From assembly GCA_965207305.1 (NCBI GenBank), contig CBDBMB010000002.1, positions 193,777 to 257,776 on the forward strand: 64,000 nt of DNA, written 5' to 3'. A model generated the notes under the pieces. That model searched no databases. It was not told the origin of the DNA and saw only the letters and a program-made list of their open reading frames with translations. This document shows positions 36,257-43,723 of the stretch, piece by piece. This DNA is from Dehalococcoidia bacterium. Lineage in GTDB: Bacteria > Chloroflexota > Dehalococcoidia > Lucifugimonadales > JAGWBF01. Within the stretch, counting starts at the first letter, position 1, and every line of letters begins with the position of its first letter. The translations under genes and the position numbers were made by a program.

Positions 36257-36804
36257 CAGGATGAGGTCCCTCCGGTGAGGGACTGGACGATGTCGGGCAG
36301 GGCCCCCAGGGCCATCTCCGCGATGTCGTCGGGCTTCTTGCTGGCTATGGGGTGGCCAATCACTACCACGGGATGGGCCGGCATCCCCAGGGTCTCACCC
36401 CTGAGCCGGGCCAGGCGGGTGAAGGCGTTGGTGATCACCGTCACGGCGGGAACGCCCCTCTTCTCGGTCTCTATTCCGTCGTGGAGACCCCACGACGTGC
36501 AGGACCCTCAATCGGCCACCGCGTGGATCACCGCGTCGCACGGCGCTGCGACCTGGTCGATGAGGTCGGGCGGCGCCGGGGTATTGGCGTTGGCCTTGCG
36601 GCGGTACACGACCTGGGACACGCCGTACCGGTCTCTCAGGAGGGCTTCCATGTTTTCGAGGAACACGTCGGAGTTGTGCTTGGTGTTGTCCACCAGCCCG
36701 ATGGTGGTCCCCTGAAGCGAGGCCAGCCGAGCTGCCAGGGCGTGCTCCTCTGGCACGTCCTCGGCTGATGGGTCCAACAGGGTCACGGTTTCGCTCGCCG
36801 TCAT
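36256..36804 (-). CDS. UGSC-family selenoprotein (182 aa, Sec at residue 99 encoded by TGA 36508..36510)
   Basis: Track ORFs 36508..36804 and 36256..36444 are in the same frame, joined by TGA plus 21 sense codons. Read through, the product is ...DAVIHAVAD-U-GSCTSWGLHDGIETEKRGVPAVTVITNAF... A SECIS-like hairpin follows the TGA. AAGGAGG precedes the ATG at 36804. Confidence 0.8.
36478..36496 (-). promoter_or_regulatory. Bacterial SECIS-like hairpin GUCGUGG-GGUCU-CCACGAC
   Basis: A perfect 7-bp stem begins 11 nt after the UGA. The apical loop GGUC starts at nt 22 counted from the U of UGA. As I recall, this matches the loop sequence and spacing of the E. coli fdhF SECIS. A lower helix GGUC/GACC is possible. 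Confidence 0.7.
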
Positions 36805-36854
36805 TACCGGGCCTCCTTGGAGTGGGGAGTCCGACCGCAGCGGCGGTTGGGCCG

Positions 36855-36883
36855 ATTATAGCGTCTTGGACGGGCGCGGGCAA
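36855..36883 (-). promoter_or_regulatory. Candidate internal promoter for the UGSC gene pair: TTGCCC-17 bp-TATAAT
   Basis: On the minus strand TTGCCC is at 36883..36878 and TATAAT at 36860..36855. It lies in the only sizeable gap (95 nt) of the operon. Confidence 0.45.
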
Positions 36884-36899
36884 AGCCCGGGGGCAGGCC

Positions 36900-37850
36900 T
36901 TACTCCTCCAGGGCCCGCCGCTTCTCGCCGTCCCTGGCCCGGCAGGCGGCGGACCTGCGCAGCACGTCCTTGGCCCACTCGTCCACGGGCACGTCGATCA
37001 TCCGGCCGGCGAAGGGCACCGCAGCAGTGCCTGCCGCGACGGCCTGGGCGAACACCTCTCTAACCTGGGTATAGTACTCCACCAGCTCGGGGGCCGGCGT
37101 CATGGCTGTGTTGACCAGCTCCACCCACGAGGCGTCGCGGCACACGACGCCCTTGAATCCCATGTTCCTCCCGTCCGTCGCCATCTGGAAGACATCGTCC
37201 CTGCCGGGGTCCGTCGCCGCCAGGTCCAGGGGGCGGGCGATGCCCACCGGCTGGACTCCGGCGTGGGTGGCCTCCATGATCAGCCGGCCCAACGCGAACT
37301 CCAAGGGGTCGTGGACGGTCGAGGGCCAAACGCCTATGTCGGCGCAGAAGTCCGTCTCTGCCAGACCGACCTGGGTCACCCTCGGGTCCGCGCCGACGAT
37401 CTCCCGGACGTTCCACACGCCCAGCGCCGACCCCAGGAGCGCTATGATCTCCAGGGAGCCTTCCCTGATCCCTCGGAGTCTCTCCATCTCCAGCAGGAGC
37501 TTGGCGGCTGCCGCTACGTCCTGGGCAGTCCCGACCTTGGGCAGCACGATGCCCGAGACGCCCTCCCATATGCCCGCCTCCAGGTCCGCGTGGAGGAAGG
37601 GTGGGTTCACACGCAGGAACACCTCCGAGGCTCCCGCGGCGGCCCTGGGAACGGCCTCGCGAACGGCGGCTCGGGCCTCGGCCTTCCGGGAATCGGGGAC
37701 GCCGTCCTCCAGGTCCAGTGTCACGGCGTCGGGGTGACCTTCCCAGGCGCCCTTGGGCGATTCCAGAGACGCCAGGGCCTCTCCGTCGGTCAGGGAGACG
37801 ACCAGGTTGGAGCGGCGGACGAAGTCCAGGGTGTGTTCCGGGCGTGGCAT
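36900..37850 (-). CDS. HpcH/HpaI aldolase / citrate-lyase beta-subunit (CitE)-like acyl-CoA lyase, paralog 1
   Basis: AVTLDLEDGVPDSRKAEAR carries the DLED motif. Also seen are IIALLGSALGV.N..EI, GLAETDFCADIG and GRMIDVP. The C-terminal tail is AACRARDGEKRRA. Confidence 0.8.
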   Translation of the reverse strand: MPRPEHTLDFVRRSNLVVSLTDGEALASLESPKGAWEGHPDAVTLDLEDGVPDSRKAEARAAVREAVPRAAAGASEVFLRVNPPFLHADLEAGIWEGVSGIVLPKVGTAQDVAAAAKLLLEMERLRGIREGSLEIIALLGSALGVWNVREIVGADPRVTQVGLAETDFCADIGVWPSTVHDPLEFALGRLIMEATHAGVQPVGIARPLDLAATDPGRDDVFQMATDGRNMGFKGVVCRDASWVELVNTAMTPAPELVEYYTQVREVFAQAVAAGTAAVPFAGRMIDVPVDEWAKDVLRRSAACRARDGEKRRALEE

Positions 37851-38803
37851 CAGGCGGACTCCCCGCGCTCTTCCACGGCCCTGGTGCGCGAGACTGCCTC
37901 AGCCTTCTCCCGGTCCCGCTCGGCGCAGGCCTCGGCCCACTCCAGGAGCTCCCGGGCCTTGCGAGCCTCGTACTTGTCGACCACCCTCCCGTTTACCTCT
38001 TCCCAGGTCTTGCCCTGGGCCACCAGCTGCCGGTAGGCCTCCAGCACGCCGCTGGCATCCTCCACCTCGTCGGGAGGCGGGGTCAACCCGCGTATCTGGG
38101 GCTCCACCACGTTGGGATGGAGGCCGCTGCCGTGGCGGAGGCCGCACTTTCTGGCGGTATCTGCCTCCTGGAAAGCGCGGTCGGGGTCGCTGACGCTGCC
38201 GGTGGTGTTGGCGACGAAGGGCATGTTGGTCGGCTCCAGGCCCAGGACCCGGGCGGCCAGCTCCAGCTCCCCCTTGCTGTACACGAACTGGTCGAACCCC
38301 ACGAACATCTCGATGCCCAGGTCTCGGGACATGTCGTAGCCTGTCCCTCCGCCCAGGTCTACGATGCGGGCGCTGGCGGCGGCCATCTCGTACCCGTTGA
38401 CCACGCCCGTCGCTGTCTCGATGTTGGCCCCTATCTGCACGGTGCCGGGCCTGATGCCTCGCTCTCTCTCCAGGCGGGTAATGATCCGGTCCAGCTTGCG
38501 GATCTCGTCGGCCGTTTCGGCTTTGGGATAGTTGACACGGGCCAGGCCCGGCCAGACGATGGCCTCCAGGTCCGCTTGGACGTAGTCGTGGTTGATTCGG
38601 GTAAACACCTCGGCCCCGCCCTTGGAGACCTTGCCGATGGCCTCCCTCACCAGGGTCCTGGCGTGGGGCTTTCTCCACTCGGGGACCGAGTCTTCCAGGT
38701 CCAGGTTTATGTAGTCGCAGCCCCTGGTCCAGGCCCGGTCCACGAACCGCGGGGTGTTCACCGGCATGGTCAATCCGGACCGGCGGACGGCTCTACTGGT
38801 CAT
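37850..38803 (-). CDS. HpcH/CitE-like acyl-CoA lyase, paralog 2
   Basis: Motifs seen are YINLDLEDSVPEWRKPHAR, IGANIETATGVVN and GRVVD. The tail is EACAERDREKAEA. Its ATG (38803) overlaps the upstream stop as ATGA, and its own stop overlaps the paralog 1 ATG. Confidence 0.8.
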   Translation of the reverse strand: MTSRAVRRSGLTMPVNTPRFVDRAWTRGCDYINLDLEDSVPEWRKPHARTLVREAIGKVSKGGAEVFTRINHDYVQADLEAIVWPGLARVNYPKAETADEIRKLDRIITRLERERGIRPGTVQIGANIETATGVVNGYEMAAASARIVDLGGGTGYDMSRDLGIEMFVGFDQFVYSKGELELAARVLGLEPTNMPFVANTTGSVSDPDRAFQEADTARKCGLRHGSGLHPNVVEPQIRGLTPPPDEVEDASGVLEAYRQLVAQGKTWEEVNGRVVDKYEARKARELLEWAEACAERDREKAEAVSRTRAVEERGESA

Positions 38804-39774
38804 GGGGCTCCGCTCTCCTCCGCGTCCTCCCTGGCCAGCTCTACGGCCCGGGCCTTGGCGTCGTCCCTGGCCGCACAGGCCCGGGCTCGGGCGGTCAGCT
38901 CCCGGGCGGCCCTCGCCGTGGCCGGGTCCACCGTCCGCGTGCCCAGGTGGGCCAGGGCCTTGCCCTCGTGCTGGGCCTGCTCCCAGGCCCGTATCACTGC
39001 CTCGGCCTGGGCGACGTCCTCCGGGTCCGGGGCGTACCCCAGGTTGAGCGCCTCCACCTGGTCGCTCCCCAGGCATATGGAGCCCCGGAAGCCGATGGCC
39101 CTTCCCCGCCGGGCGGCCTCCAGGGTATCCTCCGGACTCGCGGCGAGTCCCCGGGCGGGGGCCCTCCACCAGGCTCCCAGCGGCACGACGCCTGCTGCGT
39201 TGGCAGCGGCGATGAGGCGCTGCATCAGGTAGGGCATCATGTGGAGCTCTCCAGAGGGCTCCGGACGGAGGTCCATCTCCAGGTCGGCGCGGCCCAGGGT
39301 CAAGCCCCATACCCTCTGGCTGGCCCTGGCGATCTCCATGGCGTTGAAGTTGCCCACGGCCGTCTCCAGCGCGGGCACCATCTGGAGGGCGCCGGGCAAC
39401 AACCCCAGCTCCTCTTCCATCTGCGACAGGAGGCCGTCAGCCTCCGCGGCTTCATCCGCCGACTCCAGCCGGAGGACGACGCCGGCCAGCCCGCGGCATA
39501 CCGAGGCACTGAGGTCGGCGTAGAGCAGCTCCCGGTCGGCGAGAAGGAACACATCCGCGCCGCCCTTGGAGACCGACTCCACGGCCTGCCTGGCCCCCTC
39601 CCTGGCGGCCGGCTTGTCCACTTCGGCCACCATCTCCGCCAGGTCGAGCAAGACCACGTCCGCCCCCCAGGTCCAGGCGTCCTCTATGGCGGCCCTGTCG
39701 GAAAGGGGCACCAGGAGCCAGGAGCGGCGGACGGACTTGCCGTCGGCGACGTCGCTGGATGGCGGGGACGTCAT
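38800..39774 (-). CDS. HpcH/CitE-like protein, paralog 3, with a degenerate metal/active-site motif (DLAE instead of DLED)
   Basis: Motifs seen are RRSWLLVPLSD...ADVVLLDLAEMVAEVDKPAAR, MVPALETAVGNFN and LGRADLEMDL. The tail is RACAARDDAKARA. Start set at ATG 39774, which overlaps the upstream TGA as ATGA. Confidence 0.75.
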   Translation of the reverse strand: MTSPPSSDVADGKSVRRSWLLVPLSDRAAIEDAWTWGADVVLLDLAEMVAEVDKPAAREGARQAVESVSKGGADVFLLADRELLYADLSASVCRGLAGVVLRLESADEAAEADGLLSQMEEELGLLPGALQMVPALETAVGNFNAMEIARASQRVWGLTLGRADLEMDLRPEPSGELHMMPYLMQRLIAAANAAGVVPLGAWWRAPARGLAASPEDTLEAARRGRAIGFRGSICLGSDQVEALNLGYAPDPEDVAQAEAVIRAWEQAQHEGKALAHLGTRTVDPATARAARELTARARACAARDDAKARAVELAREDAEESGAP

Positions 39775-39962
39775 CCGCACCGGAGGCATCGGACCTCGCT
39801 GAAGACGCTGTCCTGGATGTCGCGGTCGGACATAATGTAGTCCATCACCACGCGCACGGCCTTGTTCTCGTCGGCTATGCCGTACTTCTCGGCGGCCGAG
39901 CGCAGGAAATTCATCTGGTCCACCTCCAGGGTCAGCTCATAGGCCTGTTTCTCCTTTGGCAT
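39771..39962 (-). CDS. Small protein (63 aa), ribbon-helix-helix-like pattern, C-terminal RCLRCG
   Basis: The sequence is MPKEKQAYELTLEVDQMNFLRSAAEKYGIADENKAVRVVMDYIMSDRDIQDSVFSEVRCLRCG. GGGAGG lies 7 nt upstream of the ATG at 39962. It is the first gene of the operon. The fold assignment is a guess. Confidence 0.55.
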   Translation of the reverse strand: MPKEKQAYELTLEVDQMNFLRSAAEKYGIADENKAVRVVMDYIMSDRDIQDSVFSEVRCLRCG

Positions 39963-40128
39963 CGAAAACCTCCCACGCGGCAAGGTTTGGCGTTGCGCGG
40001 GAGCGTCGAAAGGCCGGCTCCGGCGCGGGAGGATTATATGACACGGTGGGTGTGCTGACAACCGACGCGGGCCTGCTGCTATAATCGGGAGACTTGGCGC
40101 CGTCGAAACACTGCCGGGGAGGACGACG

Positions 40129-41058
40129 CTGGCCCACCCTCTGGACGAAACCCTGGCCCGGGAGCTGGAGCTCCTGGCCGAAGACGCCGCCAGGGGCGCG
40201 GGCGAGCTGCTCCGGGGCTACTTCGGTGGCTCCATTCAGGTTGACTACAAGGACGAGAAGAAGGAGCGAGACCCCGTTACCCAGGCCGACAAGGAGGCCC
40301 AGGAGTACCTGAGGGATAGGATCCTGGCCCGGTTCCCCGACCATGAGGTGCTGGGAGAGGAGGACGCCGAGAGGGACGAGGCCCCATCTTCGGACTTCTT
40401 GTGGGTGCTCGACCCGCTGGACGGCACCACCAACTTCCTGAACGGGCTGCCGGTGTACGCGGTCTCCGTGGGAGTGCTGTACCGTGGCGGGCCCGCGGCC
40501 GCCGCGCTGTTCCTGCCATGGCCCGGGGAGGCCTCGGGCCGTGTCCTCCATGCAAGGAGGGGAGGCGGGACGTGGGACGGAGACGCACCCATCGCCCCAT
40601 CCCCCCAGGACGGGCCGCGCCCCAACCGTCTGACGGGCCTGCCCGGGTCCTTCGGGGGCGGCTTTCGAGTGCGACGCCCTCTGAGGGGCAAGCTGGGTGA
40701 GCCGAGGGTGACGGGCAGTATCGCCTACGAGCTGGGGATGGCCGCCACGGGGGTGTTCCAGTACGTGCTTCTGGGAGCCCCGAAGCTGTGGGACGTGGCG
40801 GCGGGCGTCCTGGTGGTGGCGGAGTCGGGGGGGTCCGTGCTGGTCGGGCCGGAGCGTGGAGGGACGTGGCGGCCTCTGGAGACCCTAGGCCCCCCCTGGG
40901 ACGGCGGGCGTCCCAGCCTGAAGGCCCTGCGGGGATGGAGCCGCCCCATCGTGGCCGGGCGGCCGGAGGTGGCGCAGTTCGTGGCCGGGAACCTCGTGCG
41001 CCAGCGTTCGTTGCGCGGGAGGCTGCGGCGTCTGCTGGCGGGGCTGAAACGCCCCTAG
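40129..41058 (+). CDS. Inositol-monophosphatase-family phosphatase (SuhB/CysQ/HisN-like), probable CTG start
   Basis: Motifs seen are DPVTQADKEAQEYLRDRI...FPDHEVLGEE, WVLDPLDGTTNF and WDVAAG. The conserved N-terminus lies upstream of the first ATG/GTG/TTG in the frame. GGAGG (40118..40122) is 6 nt before the CTG at 40129. Confidence 0.7.
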   Translation: MAHPLDETLARELELLAEDAARGAGELLRGYFGGSIQVDYKDEKKERDPVTQADKEAQEYLRDRILARFPDHEVLGEEDAERDEAPSSDFLWVLDPLDGTTNFLNGLPVYAVSVGVLYRGGPAAAALFLPWPGEASGRVLHARRGGGTWDGDAPIAPSPQDGPRPNRLTGLPGSFGGGFRVRRPLRGKLGEPRVTGSIAYELGMAATGVFQYVLLGAPKLWDVAAGVLVVAESGGSVLVGPERGGTWRPLETLGPPWDGGRPSLKALRGWSRPIVAGRPEVAQFVAGNLVRQRSLRGRLRRLLAGLKRP

Positions 41059-42230
41059 GCCTGGTCGGGCTCCCAACCCCAGGGGCGCGGGCCGAACTCG
41101 GGGGCGAACACCTGGCCCCGTTTCACGGTGACGAAGGGGAGGAAGGCCTTGTCCACCCTCAGCGTCTCGCCGGGCACGTCGTACACCACCCAGTCGCCCT
41201 CCCTCAGCTCCAGCACCGATACGTCGGCTTGGCGCCCCACAGCCAGGCTGCCCAGCCGGTGGTCCTCGCCGATGGCCTTGGCGGGGTTGGCGGTGCACAT
41301 GGTCACGACCTGCTCCACGGTGAAGCCCAGGCCCAGGAAGCGTGTCATGATCTCCACCAGGCCGTGGACCGGGTCCAGCCTGCCCGGCGCCGTCAGGTCG
41401 GTGCTGATGCAGTGGGGGAGCAGCCCCTGGTCTATGATGCGGCGGCCCTGGTCGAAGCCGAAGTTCTGGCGTCCGTGGGCCGTGTCGAACCATACGCCCC
41501 GGTCCGCGGCTTCTTTCGCCTCGGGGACCAGCTTGCCGTTGGCGTCCAGGACGCCGCCGGGCAGGGTCGTGAAGAAGTGGGTGATGATGTCCCCCTCCTC
41601 CATGATGGGGAGGAGCTGCCGTATGACGTTGGGGTCGTAGCGTTCCTCGGGGTCGCCGATGTGGGCCATGAGCTTCAGGCCGCTCTCCTTGGCCGCCCGC
41701 TTGGCCAGCCTGGGCATCTCCATGCCGAATATCTCCAGGGCGGGCGAGACCATGCGGCACTTGATGCCGCGGACCAGCCCCCGGTGCTGCTCCACGGCCC
41801 TGAGGGTGCCCTCGAAGTCGATGGCGCTCTCGGCGATGATGTCCGGCGTGGTGGCCAGGCCCGTCTGGCAGATGTGCATCAGCGGGATGATCTCGGTATG
41901 GCAGTTGGGGATGATGTGCTGCGGCATGGCGGCGAAGGTGGCGCAGCCGGCGCTTCCCGCGTCCACCATCGTGGTGACGCCGGCGTAGACGCCTCCGAGG
42001 TCGGCCTGCACCCCGATGCGGGTGAAGGAGTCGAGGACGTGGGTGTGCAGGTCTATCAGCCCGGGGGCCACTATCTTGCCCGACACGTCGATGACTCGTG
42101 CGGCGTCTTCATCGGGAATGCCGGCCTGTATGGCGGCTATCTTCCCGTCCTGGATGGCCACGTCCTGCCGGCCCCGCAGGTCTTGTGACGGGTCGACCAG
42201 CGTCCCGCCCTTCAGCACCAGGTCGTACAC
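41055..42230 (-). CDS. Amidohydrolase/deacetylase-family metallohydrolase (dihydroorotase-like)
   Basis: YDLVLKGGTLVDP......DVAI.DGKIAAI.......A..VIDVSGKIVAPGLIDLHTHV is present. 391 aa. Confidence 0.8.
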   Translation of the reverse strand: MYDLVLKGGTLVDPSQDLRGRQDVAIQDGKIAAIQAGIPDEDAARVIDVSGKIVAPGLIDLHTHVLDSFTRIGVQADLGGVYAGVTTMVDAGSAGCATFAAMPQHIIPNCHTEIIPLMHICQTGLATTPDIIAESAIDFEGTLRAVEQHRGLVRGIKCRMVSPALEIFGMEMPRLAKRAAKESGLKLMAHIGDPEERYDPNVIRQLLPIMEEGDIITHFFTTLPGGVLDANGKLVPEAKEAADRGVWFDTAHGRQNFGFDQGRRIIDQGLLPHCISTDLTAPGRLDPVHGLVEIMTRFLGLGFTVEQVVTMCTANPAKAIGEDHRLGSLAVGRQADVSVLELREGDWVVYDVPGETLRVDKAFLPFVTVKRGQVFAPEFGPRPWGWEPDQA

Positions 42231-42355
42231 GGCTCCACCTCCATCTTGTGGCTTCTTGGGGCTATGGGTCCGTGGTGGGGGCGGTTTGCAAGCGGCCAGT
42301 ACGTGAATACGTCGGCTTCCTTGACATTCCTGCCCCTAGTGTGTCTTCTATACAC

Positions 42356-42550
42356 ATGGACAGCCGAGAGGTGATACGGTGACTACTTCGGGATGGCTGG
42401 GTGCTCGACCGAGTACGGGGCAGCCACCGCCATTTCATCCATCCCGAGAGGCTGGGACGGGTAACCGTGATGCATCCGGCAAAGGACATCCCTCTGGGAA
42501 CACTTCGAAGTATCTTCCGACAAGCCGGATGGGATTGGAGGGGACGCTGA
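42356..42550 (+). pseudogene. hicA: hicA toxin gene interrupted by an in-frame TGA at codon 9 (42380..42382)
   Basis: The frame reads MDSREVIR-*-LLRDGWVLDRVRGSHRHFIHPERLGRVTVMHPAKDIPLGTLRSIFRQAGWDWRGR. This is the HicA/YcfA pattern (GSH...HP...TV..H..KD...GTLRSI..QAG). Its stop overlaps the hicB ATG. Confidence 0.75.
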
Positions 42551-42960
42551 TGCGATTTCCGATTGTGGTCCACAAAGACGAGGGAAGCAGCTATGGGGTT
42601 ACGGTCCCGGACCTGCCCGGCTGTTTCTCCGGCGGCGATACCCTGGATGACGCCTTCTTGTCCGTCCAGGAGGCGATTCTGCTCCACTTGGAGGGGATGC
42701 TGGCCGGCGGGGATCCGCTTCCCCAGACCAAGCCCATCGAGGTGCACTTCTCCAACGCGGACTACGGGGGCGGCATCTGGGGCTTCGTAGACGTGGACTT
42801 GGCTGACATTCCGGGCGACAAGGCGGTACGGGTCAACATCACCGTGCCGTCCCGGGTGCTTGCGACGATCGACAAGCAGGCCAAGCGGGACGGCGAGACA
42901 CGGTCGGGATTCCTGGCCAAGGCCGCTTTGGAGCATATCGCGGCCCGGGCCTCGGGATAG
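42550..42960 (+). CDS. hicB: HicB-family antitoxin
   Basis: MRFPIVVHKDEGSSYGVTVPDLPGCFSGGDTLDDAF..V.EAI..HLE is the HicB N-terminal fold. The C-terminal part is RHH-like (VNITVPSRVLATIDKQAKRDGETRSGFLAKAAL). GGAGG lies upstream. Confidence 0.85.
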   Translation: MRFPIVVHKDEGSSYGVTVPDLPGCFSGGDTLDDAFLSVQEAILLHLEGMLAGGDPLPQTKPIEVHFSNADYGGGIWGFVDVDLADIPGDKAVRVNITVPSRVLATIDKQAKRDGETRSGFLAKAALEHIAARASG

Positions 42961-43053
42961 ATGCGCCACGTTCATGCCGGGCCGCCATCCATCGGAATGA
43001 ACCTGCCCATTGATGAGATAGGTGCCAAACTGCTGGCAAGGGAGAGGTAGATC

Positions 43054-43341
43054 ATGGCTGAGACATTTACCAAGTGGGATGTGACGGATCGCCTGCGCAC
43101 CAAAGAAGAGGCCTGTCTCTATCTCGAAGCGGCAGCGGAGGAGGACCCGGGCGACGGCAGCCTGATTCGCGCGGCCCTGAACGATATCGCGCGTGCCCAC
43201 AACATGAGCCGCCTGGCCCTCGATGTTGGCATGACTCGGAAGGGCCTCTACAAGGCTCTGTCGGAAGACGGCAACCCATCCTTCGCTACGGTGATGCGAA
43301 TCACCCGTGCCTTGGGGATGCAGCTACGGATCACCGCGTAG
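43054..43341 (+). CDS. Addiction-module antidote protein (HigA-type HTH, TIGR02684-like)
   Basis: FTKWDVTDRLRTKEEACLYLEAAAEEDPGDGSLIRAALNDIARAHNMSRLALDVGMTRKGLYKALSEDGNPSFATVMRITRALGMQL matches my memory of this family. Confidence 0.8.
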   Translation: MAETFTKWDVTDRLRTKEEACLYLEAAAEEDPGDGSLIRAALNDIARAHNMSRLALDVGMTRKGLYKALSEDGNPSFATVMRITRALGMQLRITA

Positions 43342-43342
43342 A

Positions 43343-43675
43343 TTACTTCCGCTGGCGGAGGCCGTCCAGGACCTCCTGCAGCATCGTCTCTTCGCTCTCC
43401 TGGGAGGCCTGCTTCAATCGTTCCAGCACGAGGTCGTACAGCTCGTCGACCGCCGGCGAAGGGCGGATGCTTATCTCCCTCTTGGTCCCGCGGTTGTCGG
43501 TGGCTATGCTGACGTTCACCGAGTGGTGGGCCGAGTCTTTCGCGGGGTTCTTGTTGATCGTGAACGTGTAGTTGTCCACCCCGGCTACAACGGCGATGGT
43601 CACGTCCTTCCAGGTGATCTCGCCGTTTCGAGTCTGCCTGATCAGCTCCGATAGTATGCCGTCCGGTGTTGCCAT
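43343..43675 (-). CDS. Hypothetical protein (110 aa)
   Basis: An open frame in a lower-GC patch, with plausible composition and no recognised family. Confidence 0.4.
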   Translation of the reverse strand: MATPDGILSELIRQTRNGEITWKDVTIAVVAGVDNYTFTINKNPAKDSAHHSVNVSIATDNRGTKREISIRPSPAVDELYDLVLERLKQASQESEETMLQEVLDGLRQRK

Positions 43676-43723
43676 GGTCCTCTTCCCTCTCTTGTATGGT
43701 GTTTGCCGGAGCGCCCCAATACC

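Noticed and set aside
39771-39773. The TGA after ...RCLRCG in the small leader protein as a second selenocysteine codon.
   Set aside because: The TGA is part of an ATGA stop/start overlap with the next gene. No SECIS-like hairpin follows, and the downstream in-frame translation is not protein-like.
42380-42382. The TGA in hicA as selenocysteine or other recoding.
   Set aside because: There is no hairpin with a GGUC-type loop at the right distance. The position is not a catalytic or redox site in HicA, and TGA clearly terminates many genes here. A nonsense mutation is the simplest reading.
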